Origin: Octopus bimaculoides
Taxonomy: Eukaryota
Direction: 5' to 3'
Length of the DNA: 64,000 bases
Assembly: GCF_001194135.2 (NCBI RefSeq)
Contig: NC_068985.1
Span: 121,665,734-121,729,733 of the forward strand
Part shown: positions 23,949 through 34,200 of the stretch, piece by piece
Position numbering within the stretch: the first letter of the stretch is position 1
How the letters are laid out: the number at the start of each line of letters is the position of its first letter
Translations under genes and position numbers: made by a program
Notes under the pieces: generated by a model
Seen by the model: the letters and a program-made list of their open reading frames with translations, nothing else
What the model was told of the DNA's origin: nothing
Database searches by the model: none

Positions 23949-24413
23949 GAGAGAGACAGTATGCTAATAATCACAAGGAAAGTTCATACTTTTGTAGAAA
24001 AGCCAATCCATTTTAGGATGGTAGTTGTTGAGAAAATATTGACAATGAGCTTCATATAAAGTCATATAAAACATCAGCATTTGGCAGACCTATACAACCC
24101 AATACCTTTTGGAATTTTTAATTTTTTTTATTATTATTGAAAGAGAATAGAGAAGAAAAATCTCAGAATCTCCTGAATGACACTACCAAAACCATCATGA
24201 AGAATAATTAATAAATTAGAAATTTTAGTAACAAATTCTCAGATTTATGAAAGAAGTGAAATGATGACATTCCAAGTGACATTAATATGCTTTCACAAAC
24301 ATAACATTGAAAGCAGAGCCTAGAATCAAATCATGAGGAGCTTACTTTCATTTCTAAGATGCTCACTCCATTATATAAAACAATATCAACAAATATTTAT
24401 GATGATTATATAG

Positions 24414-24419
24414 TTTATT
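24414..24419 (-). promoter_or_regulatory. Candidate polyadenylation signal (AATAAA) about 390 nt after the stop
   Basis: First AATAAA I noticed downstream of the stop on the minus strand; common by chance in AT-rich DNA. Confidence 0.3.
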
Positions 24420-24522
24420 TAAAGACCCAGCAGTTTAGAAATGGAAAAAAAAAGTTGGTTTAAATCATTCAAGTCAAATACAAGTGAAATCAAACTGATC
24501 TATGAAAATAAACAGAAAATGT

Positions 24523-24570
<48 letters not shown>

Positions 24571-24807
24571 GAGGGGAGGAAAAATATAATGGTGATGTTG
24601 TAAAAGGATGACAAAAATATCACACAGCTACTGATGGCTGTGAATAACGACTGAATCTTCTATCTGCTTCGTTTTAGGAGATCTGGGACTGATATAATGA
24701 TAAGCTACTTGCTTGTAGCTACACTAAAGGATGGCAAAGTACACAGAAAAGAGCCTTTCAAAGTCAGTGTTCTTTATGTTCCTGAAACTACACAATTTAA
24801 AAACAAA

Positions 24808-27800
24808 TTAATGAGGCCTTGGCCAGCGTGGTGGGCCACTTGGTCTCATGCCACGTGGTGGTCCACCTCTCCCTTCAAATCTTGGGGGTCGTCGAGGTCC
24901 CATTCCACGCATATTACCTTGATTCCAACCACCAGGGCCATTGAAGTCAGACCCGTGATCACGTGGAGCCATTCCTCGGGGCCCTCCTCGACGTGGCCCT
25001 CCATCAAAACGAGGTCGTGGTCCACCAGGTCCATCAAAATTAGGACGTGGTCCTCTTGATTGATTCATTGCACCTCGATGCCCCATAAAACGGCCAGGAG
25101 GTCCATGATCTCTGTTCATGTCACCAAGACCACCAAAGCCACCAAACTGTCCAGGACCCATATCCATACAGCGATCCCCTTCAGGGAAGAAATCTGGTCT
25201 TCCCATTCCAGAATGATCCATTCGCCCTCCTGGCCCACTGAAACGGCCCATTTGATCCATTCGATTCTCACTAGAATCTACATCCCTGTCGGGGCGCCCA
25301 CGGTCTGAACGACGAGTGTCTCTTTCAGGTTTATCCCCACTATTCTTGTCTTCATTCGAACCAGTACGATCAGTTTTCTCATTTCTCTCACTCTTGTCAG
25401 ACACATTACTACGTTCTGATTTCTCAGTTGCAGTTCCAGGCCGATCGGTTTTCTCATTTGTTGCACTCCTCTCATTTTTCTCTCCACTACCACGATCTGC
25501 TTTGTTTCCACTTTTCTCTGATTTCTCCCCACTACTCCCACGTTCAGACTTCTCGCCTGAGCTACTGCGGTCAGCTTTCTCTGTACTGCTACTACCTCCA
25601 CCACCACCACCACCACCACTACTACTACTACGATCAGTTTTCTCATTGCCCCTGTCCGATTTGTCATTGCTGCTACTACTACTACCACCACCACCACGAT
25701 CAGAGCGGTCTCCACCACGATCAGACCTGTTGCTATCACGATCTGACCGCTCACTACTACGATCTGTACGACTGCTGTCTCTTTCAGACCTATCAGAGCT
25801 ACCACGCTCAGGTCGGCTACTGTCACGATCTGATCGGCTTTCTCTTTCTGAACGGTCACTGCTACGATCCAGCCTATCGCTTCGGTCAGATCTATCACTT
25901 CTGTCTGGTCGATCCCCACGATCAGACCGATCCCCACGATCAGACCGACCTTCACGATCTGAGCGTCCATCTCTATCAGATCTGCTATCTCTCTCAGAAC
26001 GACCATCTCTGCGATCAGATCTGCCATAGTTGCTTCGATCTGATCTACCATAATTGCCACGATCTGATCTTCCATATCCACCACGATCAGATCTACCATA
26101 TCCACCATGATCAGATCTGCCCCCCATGTGGTCAGGTCTCCCACCCATATGATCAGGTCTGTTACTCATATGATCAGGCCGCCCTCTCATCTGGTCGGAT
26201 CTTCCCCCCATCTGGTCAGATCTTCCACCCATCTGGTCAGGCCGCCCACCCATGTGGTCAGGTCGTCCGCCTAACTGATCCATTTGTCCGCCCATGTGGT
26301 CAGGCCTTCTATTCATATGATCTGATCGTTGGTGGCCCATATTTGAACTGTCCCCATAATTCCCTGGCAAGCCCATCCCTTCTGGAATCTGGGTTGAAAT
26401 AGCCGGAGAAGGATCAGCATCACTCCATCGGGTTCTCCGCTGATTTTCACTGCGACCTCCTGGCTTTTTAACCTCATCTTTTGGTTTTGATGATGAATAA
26501 TCAGAATATCCACCACCACCGCCATAGTTCCCTTGACCATCTGGCTTATCCCCACCCCACCTCTGTCTGCCTCCGGACTGCCACTGATTCTCATTGCCAG
26601 GACGTGGCTGGTTATAACCTGAGCCTGACAACATAGAGCTACCGGCTGATTGTCCTACATCAGACCTGTAGCCATGCTGATCAGGTCGATTACTGTTGTC
26701 AATGCCACGATTCCCAGGTTGATCATAACCTCCATATTGACCCTGCTGATAACCACCATATGATTGCTGACCGCCAACATTGCCACGCTGGTTTGGTTGG
26801 TTAATACCACCACCACTGTTATATTGATTGTTTTGATTGTTTGTACCATAAGATCCTTGGTTTTCAGAATATCTGTTGCCACCACCATAGAAGTTCGGGT
26901 TGCCCCCAGAAAACTGATTATTATTGCCACCACCACCACCACCACCACTTCCACTGTTATTATTTCCAGAATTACCATACTGATTTTGGTTTCTTCCATA
27001 AGAAGTTGACTGGTTGCTGCTGTACTGTGATGGCTGAGAACCACTATAGTAATTAGATTGATTAGTATACTGGTTAGATTGGTTGGAGGTTGGGCTTTCT
27101 GAATAAGACCGTTGTTGATCACTACTGTACATGCTTACTTGATTATATTGGCCAGGTTGGCTGGAACTATACTGGCTCTGATTGCCAGGTGGCTGTTGGT
27201 ACCCGCTATACTGGTTAGTGTTAGCACCATAAGAAGCTGGTTGAGCAGATCCAGATCGGTCTGGCTGGCTAGAGTTATAAGAGCTCTGTTCTGTCTGACC
27301 ATACGTTGAATCTGATGAACTGCTGTATTGTTGCTGGCGTTGGTTGTAATCATAAGAATAGTTACTGCTCTGATAGGCTGGCTGCTCATTGTAAGGTGGG
27401 GAAGTGTACTGTGATGGCTGGCCACTGTAATTTGACTGCATGCTCCATGCCTTTGTATCAGTGCCTGTAAATTGAGGGGGTAAATTGAGCTGGGACTGGT
27501 TGTAAGAAGAATACTGATCATTGTAACTACCAGGTTCTTGTTTCATAGGAGGTGGGGGTGGGGGTGGAGGGGGCGCAGAAGTGTTGGTGGGATTAGCAGT
27601 GCCATACCAGTTACCAGGGCTGCTATTTACTGCACCACTGACACCGCTGCTGCCGCCACTGCCACTGCCACCTGCAGATCCAGCAACCCCACTGCGAGCT
27701 GCAACATCTGCATCTGTACTTGAGTAGCTGCCCTGATAGGACAGTGTTCCGTAGCTTGGGTTCTGAACATTGTAGGAAGCTGGGGTACTTTGGTCTCGAT

Positions 27801-28251
27801 TGCCCCAACTAGAAGAACTAGTTTGGTACCCGTAACTGCCAGTCACTGACTGAGAACCATAGCTGCCGGCAGCACTGTTTGAACTACTGCTTGTGTATTG
27901 TCCACCATAGTTATCATAGGCTGAACGAGACTCTGGTTTGACATGAATGTCTTGCCACTGTGGAGAGTTTTCTTCACCTTCACCACCGTACTCCTGTTTG
28001 ATGAAATCAAGAGCACTACTTGGGTCGGGTTTGATACGTTTCTCAGGAGGTTCTGTAACATCAGTTGCAGGACCCCATCTTGACTGGCGCCCTTCAAACC
28101 GATCTTTGTTACCAGGAGGGGGTGGTGGTGGAAGCATTGGAGTTCTCTGTCCAGGAGGAAGATCCATTTGTGGTTTTTCTACTTTAATTATTTGGTGTGG
28201 AGGAGGAGGTGGTCCTTGTGACATCCGTGGAGAAAATGGCTTTTGTGGGCT
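24808..28251 (-). CDS. HNRNPUL1: hnRNPU-like terminal coding exon, 1147 aa low-complexity (P-rich, S/Y/G/Q/N prion-like, GGRPDHM and RSDR repeats, RGG/RGP end)
   Basis: Acceptor ttttataattgcag|AGC in phase 0; an uninterrupted ORF (24808-28257 in the track) in otherwise stop-rich AT-rich DNA. Confidence 0.92.
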   Translation of the reverse strand, partial: SPQKPFSPRMSQGPPPPPHQIIKVEKPQMDLPPGQRTPMLPPPPPPGNKDRFEGRQSRWGPATDVTEPPEKRIKPDPSSALDFIKQEYGGEGEENSPQWQDIHVKPESRSAYDNYGGQYTSSSSNSAAGSYGSQSVTGSYGYQTSSSSWGNRDQSTPASYNVQNPSYGTLSYQGSYSSTDADVAARSGVAGSAGGSGSGGSSGVSGAVNSSPGNWYGTANPTNTSAPPPPPPPPPMKQEPGSYNDQYSSYNQSQLNLPPQFTGTDTKAWSMQSNYSGQPSQYTSPPYNEQPAYQSSNYSYDYNQRQQQYSSSSDSTYGQTEQSSYNSSQPDRSGSAQPASYGANTNQYSGYQQPPGNQSQYSSSQPGQYNQVSMYSSDQQRSYSESPTSNQSNQYTNQSNYYSGSQPSQYSSNQSTSYGRNQNQYGNSGNNNSGSGGGGGGGNNNQFSGGNPNFYGGGNRYSENQGSYGTNNQNNQYNSGGGINQPNQRGNVGGQQSYGGYQQGQYGGYDQPGNRGIDNSNRPDQHGYRSDVGQSAGSSMLSGSGYNQPRPGNENQWQSGGRQRWGGDKPDGQGNYGGGGGYSDYSSSKPKDEVKKPGGRSENQRRTRWSDADPSPAISTQIPEGMGLPGNYGDSSNMGHQRSDHMNRRPDHMGGQMDQLGGRPDHMGGRPDQMGGRSDQMGGRSDQMRGRPDHMSNRPDHMGGRPDHMGGRSDHGGYGRSDRGGYGRSDRGNYGRSDRSNYGRSDRRDGRSERDSRSDRDGRSDREGRSDRGDRSDRGDRPDRSDRSDRSDRLDRSSDRSERESRSDRDSSRPERGSSDRSERDSSRTDRSSERSDRDSNRSDRGGDRSDRGGGGSSSSSNDKSDRGNEKTDRSSSSGGGGGGGGSSSTEKADRSSSGEKSERGSSGEKSEKSGNKADRGSGEKNERSATNEKTDRPGTATEKSERSNVSDKSERNEKTDRTGSNEDKNSGDKPERDTRRSDRGRPDRDVDSSENRMDQMGRFSGPGGRMDHSGMGRPDFFPEGDRCMDMGPGQFGGFGGLGDMNRDHGPPGRFMGHRGAMNQSRGPRPNFDGPGGPRPRFDGGPRRGGPRGMAPRDHGSDFNGPGGWNQGNMRGMGPRRPPRFEGRGGPPRGMRPSGPPRWPRPH

Positions 28252-31200
28252 CTGCAATTATAAAATAAAAAGAAAACTCAATATATAATTCAAACAACAA
28301 ATGAATTCAATGAATTTGTAAATAAAAAGGAGATTTTTTGTTTATCTGATGGATTGGTTTTGATGGGAGGAAGAGGGAAAGTTAATCCTTAGACTAGAGA
28401 ACCAACCTAAATACCTTTAACATCTGGACCTTGATAAAGGTACTCAAAAACCTAACAAAGGTAAACATCTCTGATGAGCTTACAGACAATTTCTATTCAA
28501 TCGAATTTCATTCATAAGGCTTCAAGTAACTTGGGGTTATGGTTGAAGACACATACCCCAAACAAGTATAGGTGCTGGCATGACCATGTGATAATGAAAT
28601 CACATGGCCATGCCAGCGCCTATACTTGTTATGCAGTTTATAAGATGAAATAAAGGTAATGAAGATCTATTTTACCCATTCAAACAGAGAAAGAGAGAAA
28701 TACATCCACACATGTTCTATAAAAAAAAGATCATTACAAATTATAAACTTTTACTTTATATTCTTTAACAAACCACCATCACAATCATTACTTTTCCTTT
28801 TAACCCTTTCATTAGCAAACTGCCCAAAACCACCCGAAAAAAGTTCTGGTTCATATGACCAAGGCACCCAAACCCGCCCATAATCACATTCATATTTAAA
28901 TGAGAATTTCAGCGCAAATCTCGTTAGTACATTCATGAAAACATGTGATTCAACTTGTCGACAGTTGAATTACAGTTTCCGACATCGATTGACGTGATAT
29001 ATTAACTTTGTGGATTTTGGGAGATTTTTTTCAAAACTTTTTGGAATTTGTAATACTGACAAAAAAATGGATACTAGCTTTATTCTATCAAGCAGTGAGT
29101 CAGAATTTGAAGGATTTTCAATTGAAGACCTTGAGAAATCTACTAAATTTGTAACTGAAAAATAAAACATGGTATCTGATAATGAATCCAATGTTTCATT
29201 TTCCAAAAGTCAATGTTGTGATTCCGACAACTCTGATGACAGCAATAAAGAAAATAAATTTACACCTGAGTGGAGTAAGAATCTGAAATCTGTTTCTTTT
29301 GGTGATTTTTGTGAAGAGGCTGCACCAAGTCACAATCTTTCTCAGGAAAGAAAACCATTAGACTATTTCCTTTTACTTTTTCCTCTTAGCTTGTTTCAAA
29401 TAATTACAGTGGAAACAAACCGTTACGCCGAATATAAACAAAGAGAAAAAAGGATAGCATATTTTGCCATAAATATTATAATGGGCATTAGAAAGCTATC
29501 CAGAATTACAAATTACTGGAGTAGCGATGAACCCTTTGGAGACAAATATGTCTCAAGTATAATGACAAGGACTCAGTTTCTAAAATTAACACAGCATTTA
29601 CATGGGAGAGACATGAGCAGTACACCAGTACGTGAAGAACCAGACTTTGGACCCTTATTTAAAATAAGACTCCTCACTGACTGTGTTCAAAACACATATA
29701 AAACATTTTACAAACCAGCCTGTGTCTTCACATTCCAAGAGGAGGTTTACATAACGGTCAGTCATTCGAGCCTGAGCAGCGTCCATGTTATTTTCATGAG
29801 GTACTGCTAACTTGACCAGATTCACAACTTTCTTTCTTTTACCCCACATTAAAATGTCCGGTTTTTTCGCAACTGGGATGGGAAAGAGCCCCTGGCACCC
29901 TTGATGATGATAGCAATTCTAAAATATATTTTGGTTGAATAAACAACTAACTCAATAAGTCAATAAAATTATTTATGAAGGAGATAAAAGCTTTTGAAAG
30001 TGGTGGTGGTGGTGGTGGGGGGTTACATGTAAATAACAGTAGAACTCCATAGAAGACAAGTGAAGTTGAAATGTCAGTGTTAGTAATTTAATAGACACAT
30101 TTTCACAACCAAGATATAAAATATATATCTTTTTCTTATTTCGATATGAGTTGGAAAACAATGTGTAAGTAAAGTTTCTGATAATAAAAGCATACTAACT
30201 TGTTCAGCTGATCGATTGTCATGCTTGTACATTTTATCTCTTGGCCTTTTATTTTTACCTTCAATATTGTACCTGCAAATATAAAATTGAAATAATAAAT
30301 ATATAAATCATTGAAGTTGAGAAAAGACATAATTTCAGTAGCGATAGACAATTCTTGTTTTACAAGTAAATTTTCAGATAAATATTGATTCAGGAATTAG
30401 TTAACTTATACAAGTAGAGGTAATACCTAGCTTAAAATGAGAACATAACAGGAGACAAGAAATAAGTTTTCCAGCTTGTACTATTTTGGCAAAATTTTAA
30501 CTGGAATGACATACTGAAAGTACTAAATAATAAAGGTAAGGTAACTATAGTAATCAAATTAATCAAATGATTTAAATGTATACATAAAGCAAAACTGAAG
30601 TAACTTCAATATGCACCAAACATTTACAATATGAATTGATATTTTTAAAAGTGGACACATAAGAGGTGCAACAGTATCAGTGGAAGACTAACTGGACATA
30701 GAAGTGCAGCAGTATAATTGAAGTACCAACAGAAAAAGTAGCTGCTAGAATAAGGACAGGCTGGGCAAAGTTCAGAGAGCTACTGTCTCTATTAGTAACA
30801 AAGGGCCTCTCTCTCAGCGTGAAAGGCAGATTGTATGATGCCTGTGTACGAACAGCTGTGCTACATGGTAGTGAGACATGGGCTGTGACTAATGAGGATG
30901 TGAAGGCTTAAAAGAAATGAAGCCAATATGCTCTGATGGACAGATAATGTCAGTGTGCATGTACAACAGAGTGTAAGTGATTTGAGAGAAAAATTGGGTA
31001 CACAAGGCATCAGATGTAGTGTGCAAGGGAGAAGACTTCTGGTCATGTAATGTGTATGAAAACAGCTGCATTAAGAAGTGCCAATCTCTAATTGTGAAGG
31101 GAACATGTGGAAGAAATAGACCCAGGAAGATGTAGGTCAAAGTGGTGAGAAAGGATCTTCAGACATTAGGCATCACAGTGGGGATGAGAGGGAACTTAAA

Positions 31201-34200
31201 CTGCTGGTGGTTTGTTGTGCATGAGAAGACATGTCAAGCTAAGTAAAGTTGTGGTTGTCCTTGCATCCCTCCCTAGCTGAACGTTCCCAATTCTGTGGGC
31301 TCGTGGGTGCTAGTAAAAAGCACCCGTACCGCTGCTATGTATATGCACCCATACCTGTACTGCATAAAAGTATGCAGTACACTCTGTAAAGTGGTTGGCA
31401 TGAGGAAGGGCATCTTGTAGAAACCATGCCAAAACAGACAAGAAATGATGATTAGTTAGTCAGGAAGAAGGGATTAAAGCCTATGGACATTTGCTGGTCC
31501 TCCAAGACTGGTCATATTGATGTGGTTCAACAGATTCAAGTGAATATTGTAGGGAATGGAGGGAGGGGATTTCCAGAGAACAGACATTGTTCATAGGAAG
31601 GATAAGGAATAGTGGTTAATGCAGGGACAGAAAGAGAAAAAAGGGAAAATTATCAAGCAGATTCTAGTGGAGGTGATATGCTGTCAGATATCTCAAGAGT
31701 AGAGGCTGTTGCAAAAGTGCTAGATGTACAAAAGTGATTAGAGCCAGAAGGGAGTGAGGGGACAACCTGTTCAAATGGAGCTGGTTCTAGATGTGGTCTA
31801 GGATGTTTTTATGTAAATCAGTAGTAATTATATAAAAGGTACTTATATAAAAGAAGTATTCCATAGTGCTATTTATCTTTCAGCAATATATAATTTCTAA
31901 GAACAAATTAAAGTTAATACTAAACCTGCTTTGTTGATGTTATAGTCAGTATTTCAAAAGTAATACACATAAATTATCATTTATTCATTTTGTTTTTACA
32001 TTCACTCTTTCATGTTGTCATCAACAATAAAAAAAAAAATTCAAGTTAATTTTTACAATGCAATCATGGGATATATTTTACACGTTACTAAATTTTCACT
32101 GAAATCTAAATATGTATTCTTGAGTGCAAGTGTTTTTTTTTGTTTTTTTTAATTAAGAGCTGGATTCTGTCATAAAGGTAGTGTTCATTTGGACTTCTTG
32201 AACACAATACCAACAATATAAAAATTTCAATTAAGGAAAATCTAGTAAACCATGAAAGAGATGGTGAAAGTTCTGGGATTATGGAAACCCTTTGTCTGTA
32301 AGCTTCAAGGTATTTAACGTTGAAATAGTTAACTGCTAAATGATGCTTGTGGCCCCACCAGTTTGTATCCAACACCAATGAGGCTCACAGTCATTTGTTT
32401 CTAAAACATTCTTCCAATCCTCTCTTGATTCTTAGTGAATATTTCCTTATTATGACTCCTGGCTTTGATGTTCAAACTATAGAAACTTAGCCACTAAATG
32501 GCATACAGTTCACACACAAAGAAAAGCAAGCAAAACTCACTGTTCAACTAATTTAATAGATTTTTCTTTTGGTAATTCAATATATTCAATGATATCAAAC
32601 AGAGAAGAATTGTCTTCGGGCAAAGAAAAGTTTGCTTTCATTTCTAGTACAGCCTCTTCAGGAATAACTTTACCTGAAACAAATTATAAAAAGTGAAGTT
32701 TATACATGCACAACACAATGGAATCTGCAAAAAAAAAAAAAAAAGAAAAAGAAATATCTGAACACATCTTTTCAAAGATTGGTTCACTGCTTTATATCAC
32801 ACTGACTGTAACAGTTCCACATGACAAATTAACATATATTTGAAATATGATTGCTTTGGTAGAGGCATAAACTACCAAATTGTGTATCAACAACATACCA
32901 GCTCTACTTGTGTAATTAAGAAACAGATATGGAGAGTAATCTATTGAGTAGGTGATATCAGCTTATCTAAAACTGCAGTATTATGTACAATTTTCTCCAT
33001 TTTTCCATCAAGTAGAAGTCTGAGCAACAATAAAGATATATACAGACTTCTATACTTTCCCAGGGACTAAGATTACATTATTCAGTTAATAACACTTCAA
33101 TTTTGTATTTTACAAAAGAAAGAAAATTTAACCTACCATCTTCTTTAGTCCTTTTGCTTGAGCGATGAATCAATTCAGAATCTTCACAAACAAGAACAGC
33201 TGCTTTTCGATAAAATCCTTGGAAATTTCGCATCTTGCGCTTACGGGCACTAGCATAAACATTAGTTTGGTCAAGGATCAAATTTTTTCGTCTTCTGGAA
33301 GCTAGAGAATGGGAGAAAAAATTTTGTAACGAGATAAGTCCAATGTCTTCTAGTTGACTGGATCAACAGAAGTATGTTATTGTTACAATTTTATTAATCT
33401 TACAGGGGCAACATTCCATCCACACCCTGTTCAATCTGTTAATTCTACAATTGCACCCATTTATTACAAAAGTTAACTGCATCTATTAATAAAAAAGTTT
33501 TAGCAGATAATATCTATGAATATATACATTAAGCAATATATTTTGCATTTCATAGCAGTATCTCAACATGAACTGATCAAGAGAAAGTTAACAATGGTTC
33601 ACTAAGGCTGTAATGTTACAAACACAAATTTCTTCCTACCATCAAGTGTACCAAATAAGTTGTTCAAATGTATATGGAATAGATCAAAGTCCATTCACTC
33701 TCTTGCTACTTATTTACATACATTCTTTCAATATTATTTTAGACATTAAGACAAATTTTAACAAAAAGCACTACTTAAAAGTATATGCTGTAACAATTAC
33801 AGAGTTTGTTGTTTGACCACTAGGACTACATTGATAAAACAGACTTACGATTAAAGCTCGAGTGACAAATTAGCATAAAATAACTAATAAACAAATTGAT
33901 TTGCAAAACTTACAATATTCTTTTTTATTGCTTCCACTATAGAAAACCAAATACAATTCTTAATCTATAATACTAAATAATTGTAGCGATACAAGTAAGG
34001 ACATATAATGTCACTGGATCTCTTGCCCAGTACACTCCTACTAAGTCAATATTTAGAGCCCTATTAGTTAACTTCTCACCTACCACCACTAATCCTATTC
34101 ACTGTACAATGCCATCAGAGTAAATGAAGAAAAGCATTAGATTTATCCATATTCACTATTTCCACTACTGAATCCATCATATTTATCACACTACTTTTCT

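Noticed and set aside
25278-26402. Three long overlapping ORFs (25278-26144 minus, 25316-26029 plus, 25428-26402 plus; the last is His/Tyr/Asp/Cys-rich)
   Set aside because: They are shadows of the GAT/CGT/TCT-rich coding repeats of the main exon, whose codons give few stops in other frames; there is no independent start or splice evidence.
28465-28510. CTGATGAG motif as another hammerhead
   Set aside because: No stem II followed by GAAA, and no stem III.
33133-33136. Alternative donor AG|gttaaa 4 nt downstream of the chosen donor
   Set aside because: It would break the frame into the next exon; G|gtaggt at 33137 preserves G-K-V-I-P.
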